Shown here: positions 28,537-38,022 of the stretch, in pieces
Numbering within the stretch: position 1 is the stretch's first letter
Layout of the letters: the number at the start of each line of letters is the position of its first letter
Virus record (IMG/VR): IMGVR_UViG_3300027751_001020
Span: 26,067-90,066 of that record
Source of the DNA: a virus
Direction: 5' to 3' (one strand)
Length of the DNA stretch: 64,000 bases
The notes under the pieces: model-generated
What the model saw: the letters and a program-made list of their open reading frames with translations, nothing else
What the model was told of the DNA's origin: nothing
Database searches by the model: none
Position numbers and translations under genes: made by a program

Positions 28537-29744
28537 AAAGTAGTAAAAAGAGTAAGTCTATATGTGCACTACCGTGGCTACATTTAGCTACACATCCTAT
28601 AGGTACTATTACACCTTGCTGTATTACCGATATGAAAGATAGTGCTTCTACAGCAGCTACAGATCATGATGAAGCTCAGCACTTATTTCTTAGCAAAGAT
28701 TCGCTTGATTCAATAGCTAATTCAAAAAAGTTTAAAAAGCTACGTAAAGACATGATGAACGGAGAATTCTCCTCTTTATGTCAGAAATGTTACAAATACG
28801 AAGCTGCAGGTGTAGAATCTAAAAGGGAAGTTTCTAATAGGGAGTATGGGAAATACTTAGAAGAGTATATAAAAAACACTGATTCTACAGGACACATAAA
28901 AGATATAAATTATAGATACATAGAACTAAGACTAGGCTCAGTATGCAACTTGAAATGTGTCACATGTAACCCTTTTTCTTCAAACAGGTGGAACCAAGAT
29001 ATACATGTGTTTAAGGGTACTGAGTTTGAAAAAGAATATTTTAAAAACGAGATAAAAACAGAGTGGTATAGAGATTACGGATTTTACGATAACCTTCTCG
29101 ATAAGTGTAAGGACTTACAGGAAATTTGGATAAATGGAGGAGAGCCTACCTTAATTAAAGAACATGGGTACTTCTTACAAAAGCTTATAGATAATAACCA
29201 AGCAAAGGATATTAAAATTAGTTACAGTTTAAACAGTACAAAATTCCCGGACAGTTTTTTAGAGATATGGAAAAAATTTAAAAAGGTAAAGATACAAATC
29301 TCCATAGATGATATTGAAGATAGAAACCACTATGTACGATATCCATCAGACTGGAATACAATAATGACTGCTTTTACAAAAATTGCTAAATATAAAGATG
29401 TATTTGAGTTAGAGATATGCCAGACTGTTAGTGCTTTAAATGTTCATAATTTAAGTAACTTTAAAAACTTTTTTAAAGAATTCGGATTACTTTTTTCTCA
29501 CAACTACGTACATTATCCATCTCATTTACAGGTTTCGATCTTACCAGAAGAATTAAAACAACAGGTTTTAGAAAATAATTCAGATTTAACAGAGATGGAA
29601 ATAGATAGACTAAAATCTGAACTATATAAATCAGCTAGTCCAAAAGAATTAGATAAATTTAAATCCTATATTAATTTACTTGATAGAGCAAGAAATTTAA
29701 AAATACAAAATTACCTACCTGAGTGGGAACCTTATTTTAAATAA
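28521..29744 (+). CDS. Radical SAM enzyme with N-terminal Twitch domain (#4, CC type), GTG start
   Basis: CALPW...PCC...CQKC, CNLKCVTC, INGGEP. Confidence 0.9.
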   Translation: MEKHIESSKKSKSICALPWLHLATHPIGTITPCCITDMKDSASTAATDHDEAQHLFLSKDSLDSIANSKKFKKLRKDMMNGEFSSLCQKCYKYEAAGVESKREVSNREYGKYLEEYIKNTDSTGHIKDINYRYIELRLGSVCNLKCVTCNPFSSNRWNQDIHVFKGTEFEKEYFKNEIKTEWYRDYGFYDNLLDKCKDLQEIWINGGEPTLIKEHGYFLQKLIDNNQAKDIKISYSLNSTKFPDSFLEIWKKFKKVKIQISIDDIEDRNHYVRYPSDWNTIMTAFTKIAKYKDVFELEICQTVSALNVHNLSNFKNFFKEFGLLFSHNYVHYPSHLQVSILPEELKQQVLENNSDLTEMEIDRLKSELYKSASPKELDKFKSYINLLDRARNLKIQNYLPEWEPYFK

Positions 29745-29750
29745 AGAATT

Positions 29751-31013
29751 ATGAAAGACAGTAAAACATTATGCACAGCTCCGTGGATGCACTTACACAT
29801 AATTAACGATGGAAGAGCATATCCTTGCTGTATGACTGAAATTACTAACGAATTAGCAGTAGGTAATGTTAAAACTCAGACACTAAAGGAAGTAGTAAAC
29901 AGCCCTAAGATGAAAGAAATGAGAAAGGGAATGCTTGAAGGTAAACCTCTCCCAGCTTCCTGTGAAAGATGTAAAGGAAGGGAAGATGCTGGATTTAGTT
30001 CAATGAGAATAGGCATGAACAATAATTGGTACGATAAAGTAAAAGACCTAATAGAAAATACAAAACCAGACGGAGAAGTAACAAATTTAAGACTTCTATA
30101 TTGGGACATAAGATTTTCTAACTACTGTAATCTAGCTTGTAGAACCTGTTCTCCTACATTTTCAACTTCTTGGGCAAATGATTATATAAGATTAAGAGAC
30201 CATAATGATAATATTGAAACCGGTCTAATAAATTTAGATAATGAAACTAATTTCTGGAATGAGTTAGATGCCAATCTAGATGTAGCCCAAGAGATACACT
30301 TCGCCGGAGGAGAGCCCGTATTAATGCCGGAACATTGGAAGCTTATTAGCTTCTTAGAAGAGAACCAGAGGTTTGATACAAAATTAAAATATTCCACCAA
30401 TGCTACAAAATTAGTAGTTAAAGGTAGAAATATTATTGATGTATGGAAAAAATTTAAAAATGTACATTTAAGTCTATCTATAGACGGAACAGGCGATGTA
30501 TTCGAACTTACAAGACATAAAGGCAATTGGGAATCTACTAGAAATAATTTAATTGAGATTTCTAATAGCAATATAGAGTACTGGATACATCCTACCGTTA
30601 GTATATTAAACATTTTTAATATAGTAGAACTACATAAAGAGCTATTTGATTTAAATATTATTCCAAATGAAATAAGAGAATGTGAAGTAGGAAAATCCGG
30701 ATATAATAGTAATGATTACTTTATTAAAAGATTTCACATCAACCCTTGTGTGACCCCAGATATTTATTCAATAACCAATATACCTGAAAATCTAAAAGCA
30801 ATAGCTACACAGAAAATTAGAGAATACGCCAATACAAGTCTAAAAGAAAACGGGATACCGGTATCGGGTTGGGAATCGTTAATTAGTATTATGAATAGCC
30901 AACCATGTGATATGGAAGTATTCAGGAGATTTGTAGAGACTACTAAGAAATTAGACAAAATGAGAAATCAAAATTTTGTTGAAACGGTTCCTGAATTTAA
31001 ACCTTATTTTTAA
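29751..31013 (+). CDS. Radical SAM enzyme with N-terminal Twitch domain (#5, CC type)
   Basis: CTAPW...PCC...CERC, CNLACRTC, FAGGEP. Confidence 0.9.
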   Translation: MKDSKTLCTAPWMHLHIINDGRAYPCCMTEITNELAVGNVKTQTLKEVVNSPKMKEMRKGMLEGKPLPASCERCKGREDAGFSSMRIGMNNNWYDKVKDLIENTKPDGEVTNLRLLYWDIRFSNYCNLACRTCSPTFSTSWANDYIRLRDHNDNIETGLINLDNETNFWNELDANLDVAQEIHFAGGEPVLMPEHWKLISFLEENQRFDTKLKYSTNATKLVVKGRNIIDVWKKFKNVHLSLSIDGTGDVFELTRHKGNWESTRNNLIEISNSNIEYWIHPTVSILNIFNIVELHKELFDLNIIPNEIRECEVGKSGYNSNDYFIKRFHINPCVTPDIYSITNIPENLKAIATQKIREYANTSLKENGIPVSGWESLISIMNSQPCDMEVFRRFVETTKKLDKMRNQNFVETVPEFKPYF

Positions 31014-31014
31014 T

Positions 31015-31953
31015 ATGCACTACCTTTACGACTACTTATGGGAATCTCCAACTGAATTTGGAGTTAGAAATCTTTTAAGAAGAAACCACCTAGCTTATTA
31101 CACAGATGAAATAATAAAAAACTGTAATAAAACAGACCCAGGAGAGGTGTACAGTGTAAGGTACTTAGATGAGGAAGAAGAGGCTGAAACCCTTGCAGCT
31201 ATTAGTAAAAATACAACAGACCTAAAAGAAGGAGATGTATGTTATAACCTTGACCGTTTTGGACTAAGACATACAGGGGTGAACATACTTGAAGATGAAG
31301 TCGATACTTTAGTATTTGGATGTTCTTTTACATACGGAGTAGGAGTGCCATTGGAAAAAACATGGGCCTATAGTGTTAACACCCAAATTTTAGACAACCG
31401 ATACATTAACCTAGCTATACCGGGAAGCTCAATTTCTAAAATTACAAGACTTTTATATAGTATAGCTCAATTTAAAAAGCCAAAAAGAATTATTATACTG
31501 CTACCGGATTACAACCGGGAAGAAATAATTACCGAAAAAGATAGTAACGCAAGTAAAAAAGTACGTAATAATTTTGAAACTATAAATTTTGTCCCTAGGT
31601 ATCTACCTGAAAACCAAGAGGTAATGTACCATATTAAGAGGTACATGAACACACTAGTTACGGAAAATAACAAAGTCAATACATACAAAAATCTACAAAT
31701 TATTAAGTTTCTCACAGACCAGCTGAACATAAAGTTATACATCTCCAGCTGGTGCCCTTGGACTTACTCAACTTTAGAAAAAGTATTTGACACAACTCAA
31801 ATAGCACCATATTTTGAATTTAAAAATGATGCAAAAGATAACCTATATGCTAGAGATGGAGGACATCCAGGTTTGGTAGATAATAAAGAGTTTGCGAACG
31901 ACTTACTAAAGTTTATAACTAATAAAGAAAAGGTACACCACAATGTCATTTAA
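31015..31953 (+). CDS. SGNH-fold protein (possible O-acyl esterase/transferase); start revised to ATG 31015
   Basis: FGCSFT block I, NLAIPGSS block II, C-terminal DGGHP block V. Confidence 0.7.
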   Translation: MHYLYDYLWESPTEFGVRNLLRRNHLAYYTDEIIKNCNKTDPGEVYSVRYLDEEEEAETLAAISKNTTDLKEGDVCYNLDRFGLRHTGVNILEDEVDTLVFGCSFTYGVGVPLEKTWAYSVNTQILDNRYINLAIPGSSISKITRLLYSIAQFKKPKRIIILLPDYNREEIITEKDSNASKKVRNNFETINFVPRYLPENQEVMYHIKRYMNTLVTENNKVNTYKNLQIIKFLTDQLNIKLYISSWCPWTYSTLEKVFDTTQIAPYFEFKNDAKDNLYARDGGHPGLVDNKEFANDLLKFITNKEKVHHNVI

Positions 31954-33247
31954 TCATTACTTAGAAATAAACTATAACCAAGCTATAAATTTCGGTTTTG
32001 ATAAATTAAATACTAAACCAGACATCGGGTTTGTACACGGTAGTCCGATACTTGAAACTCTAGTCTTTAAAGAAAGCACATCGTACTTTATAGAAACTGG
32101 TAAAAAATTTATATACCCAATCTCAGGATTAAGTGAAACTATGTATATCTCTCCTGCTTTTTTATTAGAAAGCAATGTTATTGAAGCATGCAAGAATGGC
32201 CTGTGTAAAGTAGGTATAATGTACGATACAGAAGGAACAACATATCAGGACCGGTACCTTTTTTGGCTAGAAGAATTTGCAGAGTTAAATGAATTAGATG
32301 AAACTAACTTTTTTTTCGCACATGGGAATAGACAGTTAATACAAACCTATAGAGATTTTTTAATAAAGAAAAGAGAATTAAATCCTACGTTAGAAGTAAA
32401 ACCTAAAGTTGAGATTTTAAAATACTCTTATTTTGAAAATTTTCCTTGGTTTATTCCCGGTGATTATAAATTAAGAAAATCAAAAACTAAAGAGCAATTA
32501 TTAGAGCACTTCAATAAAATATTAACCAGGAACAGGGAAGAACAAAAAGTAAAGCATTTTTTATGTTTGAACAGAAGACCGAGACTAGGTAGAGTATTAA
32601 TATTTGGAGCTATTGAAACTAACCCTTATTTAAGAGATAAGACTATACTAACAATGGGTCCTCATGAACTTCCTGAGGGAACAGAGTTTCGACCGTTAAA
32701 AGCAATAGAAAGGAAATATATCCCATCTTGGATATATGATTATGTAGACTCATACGACTTTGAAAAACCCATACATGTAATAGATAATCCAGATAATAGT
32801 AATAAAGCACATGATATAAATCTTGAGTTTCACCAAAGTACATTTTTAAACGTTGTTACAGAAACACTATACAATAAAGAGATAATGTTTCTTTCGGAAA
32901 AAATATTTAAACCAATGTATATGCTACAACCTTTTGTAGTGATTGGAAATCCTAATACTTTAAAAGAACTTAAGCAACTTGGGTATAAAACTTTTGATAG
33001 ATGGTGGGATGAAAGTTACGATGAAGAAGAGGACTTGGTACAAAGAGTGTTAAAAGTAGAAATAATTTTAAATAAACTAAGTAAGTTAAGCTTTGAAGAA
33101 CTCTACAAAATTACTCAAGAAATGGAAGAAACATTAATACATAACTTTAACAGATTTCTATTTGAAAGTAAACAAGAAACATTAGATTATTTAAATTTTC
33201 TAACTTTTCAACAATATTTTGAAAAACTACCTCCATATCAATATTAA
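31943..33247 (+). CDS. Putative GT-B glycosyltransferase, distantly GT10-like
   Basis: FLCLNRRPR...FLNVVTETLY..FLSEKIFKP...PFVVIG...LKQLGYKTF. Confidence 0.5.
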   Translation: MSFNHYLEINYNQAINFGFDKLNTKPDIGFVHGSPILETLVFKESTSYFIETGKKFIYPISGLSETMYISPAFLLESNVIEACKNGLCKVGIMYDTEGTTYQDRYLFWLEEFAELNELDETNFFFAHGNRQLIQTYRDFLIKKRELNPTLEVKPKVEILKYSYFENFPWFIPGDYKLRKSKTKEQLLEHFNKILTRNREEQKVKHFLCLNRRPRLGRVLIFGAIETNPYLRDKTILTMGPHELPEGTEFRPLKAIERKYIPSWIYDYVDSYDFEKPIHVIDNPDNSNKAHDINLEFHQSTFLNVVTETLYNKEIMFLSEKIFKPMYMLQPFVVIGNPNTLKELKQLGYKTFDRWWDESYDEEEDLVQRVLKVEIILNKLSKLSFEELYKITQEMEETLIHNFNRFLFESKQETLDYLNFLTFQQYFEKLPPYQY

Positions 33248-34077
33248 TGAAAAGCAACCTTATAACCTTTGGATGTAGTTATACTAAATTTGATTGGCCA
33301 ACTTGGGCAGATTTTCTTAGTTCATATTACAGCACATATACAAATTATGGAAAAGCAGGATCAGGAAACAGAGCGATTTTTCATAAAATTATTAAATACC
33401 TAGATTCAAAAGAAAATTTTACACAAGATCAAGTTATAATTCAGTGGAGCAGCTGCGCTAGAGAAGACAAATACGATAAACATTCTAACCAGGAATATCT
33501 TTGCGCAGGAAATATTACTAATAATCCTTTCTATACCAAAGAATATGTAGATAAGTACTTTTCATTTCAACAAGACTTAGTAGAAACGGTAAATTACATA
33601 AAAACGGTAAAAGACCTACTTGAATATCATAACATTAAGTACTTAATGACTTTTATGTTAGATTTAAGGATAGGCACACATTTAGGAGAGCCGGGATTCA
33701 ACAGTAACTTTGAATACTTAACTGAGATAGAGTTAAATAAATGTAAACCTATATTTAAAAAACTTGACTATTTAGTTGATAATAATTTTACCGATTTATG
33801 TATTACTATGCACCAATTAGACTGCAGTGATAAAGTATACTGCTTCTCCCCTAAAGGAGAGGTAAACCCAGACTCTCACCCTAGTCCAAATCAGCATTAC
33901 AGTTTCATGGAGAAGTATTTACTCCCTAAACTAAAATACATACAGCAGAAAGAAACCCCGGTATCTATCAGTCTATTAAAAGACTGGAATAATTTTGCTA
34001 AAATTAAAAAAAATTTAGAAGATAAGTTAGAGTATAAACCTTCAACCTGGCCTACTAAAACTACAATGAACTTTTAA
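33247..34077 (+). CDS. Second SGNH-fold protein
   Basis: FGCSYT, NYGKAGSGN, PDSHP motifs. Confidence 0.68.
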   Translation: MKSNLITFGCSYTKFDWPTWADFLSSYYSTYTNYGKAGSGNRAIFHKIIKYLDSKENFTQDQVIIQWSSCAREDKYDKHSNQEYLCAGNITNNPFYTKEYVDKYFSFQQDLVETVNYIKTVKDLLEYHNIKYLMTFMLDLRIGTHLGEPGFNSNFEYLTEIELNKCKPIFKKLDYLVDNNFTDLCITMHQLDCSDKVYCFSPKGEVNPDSHPSPNQHYSFMEKYLLPKLKYIQQKETPVSISLLKDWNNFAKIKKNLEDKLEYKPSTWPTKTTMNF

Positions 34078-34085
34078 CAGTGCTC

Positions 34086-34093
34086 TATTTATA
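34086..34093 (+). promoter_or_regulatory. Putative late promoter TATTTATA
   Basis: 18 nt before the dehydrogenase ATG. Confidence 0.55.
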
Positions 34094-34111
34094 AAAATAA
34101 TAAATGTTAGT

Positions 34112-35275
34112 ATGAAAATAGGCTTTATAGGAGTTGGAAAACTCGGAAAAGATGCTGCCGAAGTAATGGCAGAAAAACACGACGTTATAGGTTACGATGT
34201 AACAAAAGTTGAACCGGAAAACTTTAATATGGTAGAAACCATAGGAGAAGTTTGTAAAGGTAGAGAAATGATATTTATAGCGGTTCCAACACCTCACGAT
34301 CCTGCCTATGATGGTAGGTATCCAACAGCACATTTACCAAACAAAGACTTTAACTACCAGATTGTAAAAGACGTACTTACTGAAACAAACAAGTATGTTA
34401 CAAAAGATCAATTAGTAGTTTTAATCTCAACTGTACTACCAGGAACAATTAGAAGAGAGTTTATAGATTTAATTCCTAACGGAAGATTTATCTACAATCC
34501 TTATTTAATTGCAATGGGTACAGTTAAATGGGATATGGTTAATCCTGAGATGGTTATTATTGGAACTGAAGACGGTTCAATGACCGGAGATGCTAAGATG
34601 TTACTCGATTTTTACAAAACGTTTATCACAGAAGGTACACGGTATGAAGTAGGAACTTGGGATGAAGCAGAAGGTATTAAAATATTTTACAATACATTTA
34701 TTTCTACAAAAGTAACTTTAGTTAACATGATACAAGATGTTGCCGAAAAAGGAGGTAATATGAATGTAGACGTAGTAACAGGAGCATTAGAAAGATCCAC
34801 ATACCGTATACTCGGTAAAGCTTATATGACAGCAGGTATGGGAGATGGAGGAGGATGCCACCCAAGGGACAATATCGCCTTACGTCATATGGCAGAAAAG
34901 TTAGGTTTAGGGTATGATTTATTTGATGCAATAATGAATGCTAGAGAGAAACAAGCTAAAAATCTTGCAGAGACTTTAGTTAAACACGCTCAAGAAAATT
35001 CCCTACCTATAACAATACTCGGTAAATCTTATAAACCGGATGTACACTACGAAGACGGTTCTACAACTATACTAACAGGTTATTTCTGTGAAGAATTAGG
35101 AATAAAACCTGAATTTGATTTAGAAGTTCCAAATAAGGCAGTTTATTTATTAGGACATATGGGTAAATTTCATGAATACCGGTTTCCTGAAGGCTCTATA
35201 GTTATCGATCCATGGAGAGCATATAAATCAGATAAAGTTAAAGTAATACATTACGGAAACACCCGACTGGGATGA
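34112..35275 (+). CDS. ugd: UDP-glucose/GDP-mannose dehydrogenase family enzyme
   Basis: GFIGVGKLG, FIAVPTP, STVLPGT, YNPY, GGGCHPRD (catalytic Cys), LGKSYKP. Confidence 0.88.
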   Translation: MKIGFIGVGKLGKDAAEVMAEKHDVIGYDVTKVEPENFNMVETIGEVCKGREMIFIAVPTPHDPAYDGRYPTAHLPNKDFNYQIVKDVLTETNKYVTKDQLVVLISTVLPGTIRREFIDLIPNGRFIYNPYLIAMGTVKWDMVNPEMVIIGTEDGSMTGDAKMLLDFYKTFITEGTRYEVGTWDEAEGIKIFYNTFISTKVTLVNMIQDVAEKGGNMNVDVVTGALERSTYRILGKAYMTAGMGDGGGCHPRDNIALRHMAEKLGLGYDLFDAIMNAREKQAKNLAETLVKHAQENSLPITILGKSYKPDVHYEDGSTTILTGYFCEELGIKPEFDLEVPNKAVYLLGHMGKFHEYRFPEGSIVIDPWRAYKSDKVKVIHYGNTRLG

Positions 35276-35916
35276 AAGCAGTAATACTTTCAGGATATTT
35301 AGAAAACCTATCAGACAATATTAAATCCGTTTTAGATCTTAAAACAGATATGTTTGTACATACCTGGAAAACCAAAGAGAATGAAAGATGGGTAAAAAAG
35401 CTACAGAGGTATAATAAATTTTGTAACTCAATTAATATTATTGAAGAAGAACCTAAATTCGAAAAAAAATTATATTCTTATGTATATTCAACTTGGCGAG
35501 CTGTAAACTTGATCACAGAAATTGAACAGTATACATCTATTTTAAAATTCAAACCTAATCTAGATACATATAACATAGAGTATAAAGGAAACTTAGAATT
35601 TTACTTTCAAAAAGCTTCTATACAATCTAGACCATTACTACAGGGGATTAAAAAAGAAGAATGTTTTTACGGGTCAATTTACTACCAAACTATGGATGAA
35701 AGAATGTTCTCTGGGTATCCGTTGGGATTTAGGAAAGTATTTCATACATTGTATAAAGAGTTTCACCTAAATATGGTTAACTTAGACAACCAATTATCTT
35801 TAAAGTACGGTAATGACTACGAAGGTAGTATTTTTTGGAAGGAGTGGTTTGAGAGTAAAGGAATAAAACTAATACAAGATTTAGATTTAAAAATACCTAA
35901 TAACAGACAGTTATGA
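35272..35916 (+). CDS. Hypothetical glycosyltransferase-like protein
   Basis: KAVILSG...DMFVHTW pattern seen in sugar-transferase-like folds; ATGA-coupled to ugd. Confidence 0.45.
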   Translation: MKAVILSGYLENLSDNIKSVLDLKTDMFVHTWKTKENERWVKKLQRYNKFCNSINIIEEEPKFEKKLYSYVYSTWRAVNLITEIEQYTSILKFKPNLDTYNIEYKGNLEFYFQKASIQSRPLLQGIKKEECFYGSIYYQTMDERMFSGYPLGFRKVFHTLYKEFHLNMVNLDNQLSLKYGNDYEGSIFWKEWFESKGIKLIQDLDLKIPNNRQL

Positions 35917-36155
35917 AATTAACACAAGAAGAGTTACAGACAATTAAAGAAGTTCAACAACGTCATGCTGCAATTAAAGAAGAATTGAGTTCAATTGGAC
36001 AAATTAAACTTAATTTAAAGATGAGGCAATATAAGCTTGAAACTTTTTACTCCCAAACGATTGAAATGGAGCAAAAAACAGCAGCCGATATACAAGCTAA
36101 ATACGGGAAAGGTAATATTGATATAGAAAGTGGAGAATTTACTCCCATTCCGTAG
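35913..36155 (+). CDS. Small coiled-coil protein
   Basis: KLTQEEL...KYGKGNIDIESGEFTP; ATGA-coupled. Confidence 0.65.
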   Translation: MKLTQEELQTIKEVQQRHAAIKEELSSIGQIKLNLKMRQYKLETFYSQTIEMEQKTAADIQAKYGKGNIDIESGEFTPIP

Positions 36156-36177
36156 GAAGGTTTAATAACTTTTAGTC

Positions 36178-36243
36178 TATTTATATACGTAGTTAAATAC
36201 CGTTTGCTTACCAACAGGTTTAGATATTCTACATATATTTATA
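36178..36243 (+). promoter_or_regulatory. Tandem putative late promoters TATTTATA (36178-36185 and 36236-36243)
   Basis: Two copies in the intergenic region before the sheath gene. Confidence 0.55.
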
Positions 36244-36270
36244 ATAGACACAAAATAAATTTTACCTAAC

Positions 36271-37986
36271 ATGGCAGAAACAATAATCTCACCAGGTGTA
36301 TTTCAAAGAGAGAATGATATTTCATTCATCCAACCCGCACCAGTAGAGGCAGGAGCAGCAATCCTTGGACCAACAGTAAAAGGACCGGTTGAGATTCCTA
36401 CAATCGTTACTTCTTATAACGACTATACAAGAAAGTTTGGAGTAACATTTGAATCAGGATCAGATAAACATGAGTTCTTAACTTCAATGGCTGTAAAAAG
36501 CTATTTTGATCAGGGAGGAAATACTTGTTTAGTAACAAGAGTAGTAAGCGGTTCTTATACAGCAGCAACTTCTACAGACATCACAGATGTATCAGGATCT
36601 GGAACTTCACCTTTTGAACTAGAAACTTTAGGTAAAGGTGTTATCTACAACAACCATTCAGGATCAACTTACGGTGAACAAAACTCAGACGGCTCTTTAG
36701 TATCCGGTTCTTCTGATAACTTAAGATTTGAAATCTCAAATGTAGACAGTACAAGAGGTACTTTTGCTTTAGCTGTAAGAAGAGGAGATGATAATACTAA
36801 AAATAAAGTAGTATTAGAATCATTCGTAAACTTATCATTGGATCCTAACTCTCCGAATTATATTGAGAAAGTTATCGGTAACCAAGTTAAAGCAATCTCA
36901 GGAGATGCTTCACAAGTAACCGTAACAGGAGATTATGTTAATAAGTCTAACTTTATTAGAGTATCAGCAGTTAACTCTCCAACACTCAACTACTTAGAAA
37001 ACGACGGAGTTACTGTAAGAAGTAATTACGCAGATTTACTTCCTATCGCACAGCAAGGAGGATTCCAAGCAGCTACAGGAGATGTAAAAGGAGGAGCGTT
37101 ACTCTACAATAACATTTCTACTCAAACTCAAGGTTTAGAAGGAGGTAACTACGATAACGTTATTACATTATTAGGAAATGCAGATGATTACCAGTTCAAT
37201 GTTATCTCTGCACCTGGTTTAGTTAACGCTTTACACGGTACACAAGTGGATAATCTTATCTCTCTTGTAGAATCTAGAGGAGATAGTATAGCAGTAGTAG
37301 ATTTAGTAGCTTACGGGTCTACAGTAGCAAATGCAGCAACAGAGGCAGCTGATCAAAACAGCTCATATGCAGCATCTTACTGGCCATGGTTACAAACTCA
37401 ATCTTCTACAGGTAAAAATGTATGGGTACCAGCTTCAGTTGTTATCCCAGGAATTTACGCTTTCACTGATGGAGCAGCAGCACCATGGTTCGCACCAGCA
37501 GGTCTTGTACGAGGAGGAATCGTTGGAGTAATTCAAGCAGAAAGAAAGTTATCTAGAACAGATAGAGATACTTTATATAACGGTAAAGTTAACCCAATCG
37601 CTACTTTCCCTGGAACAGGTTTAGCAGTATTTGGACAGAAAACTTTACAAACTAAAGCTTCTGCTTTAGATAGAGTAAACGTTAGAAGATTATTAATCGA
37701 CCTTAAGAAGTTTATTGGTGATCAAGCACAAAACTTAGTATTTGAACAAAATACTATTACAACAAGAAATAAATTCTTATCTACAGTTAATCCTTACTTA
37801 GAATCAGTAACACAAAGACAAGGTCTTTATGCTTATAGAGTAGTAATGGATGATACAAACAACACAGCAGATGTTATTGATAGAAACCAATTAGTTGGTC
37901 AGATCTTTATACAGCCAGCTAAAACAGCAGAATTTATAGTATTAGACTTCGTAGTAGAACCAACAGGAGCTTCTTTCGCAGGATAA
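36271..37986 (+). CDS. Tail sheath protein (T4 gp18-like)
   Basis: ISPGVF N-terminus; PWFAPAGLVRG, LYNGKVNPI, FGQKTLQ, LDRVNVRRLL, IQPAKTAEFI. Confidence 0.96.
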   Translation: MAETIISPGVFQRENDISFIQPAPVEAGAAILGPTVKGPVEIPTIVTSYNDYTRKFGVTFESGSDKHEFLTSMAVKSYFDQGGNTCLVTRVVSGSYTAATSTDITDVSGSGTSPFELETLGKGVIYNNHSGSTYGEQNSDGSLVSGSSDNLRFEISNVDSTRGTFALAVRRGDDNTKNKVVLESFVNLSLDPNSPNYIEKVIGNQVKAISGDASQVTVTGDYVNKSNFIRVSAVNSPTLNYLENDGVTVRSNYADLLPIAQQGGFQAATGDVKGGALLYNNISTQTQGLEGGNYDNVITLLGNADDYQFNVISAPGLVNALHGTQVDNLISLVESRGDSIAVVDLVAYGSTVANAATEAADQNSSYAASYWPWLQTQSSTGKNVWVPASVVIPGIYAFTDGAAAPWFAPAGLVRGGIVGVIQAERKLSRTDRDTLYNGKVNPIATFPGTGLAVFGQKTLQTKASALDRVNVRRLLIDLKKFIGDQAQNLVFEQNTITTRNKFLSTVNPYLESVTQRQGLYAYRVVMDDTNNTADVIDRNQLVGQIFIQPAKTAEFIVLDFVVEPTGASFAG

Positions 37987-37998
37987 TTTTTTAAACGA

Positions 37999-38006
37999 TA
38001 TTTATA
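37999..38006 (+). promoter_or_regulatory. Putative late promoter TATTTATA
   Basis: 16 nt before the tube gene ATG. Confidence 0.6.
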
Positions 38007-38022
38007 ATAAAGCAAATATAAC

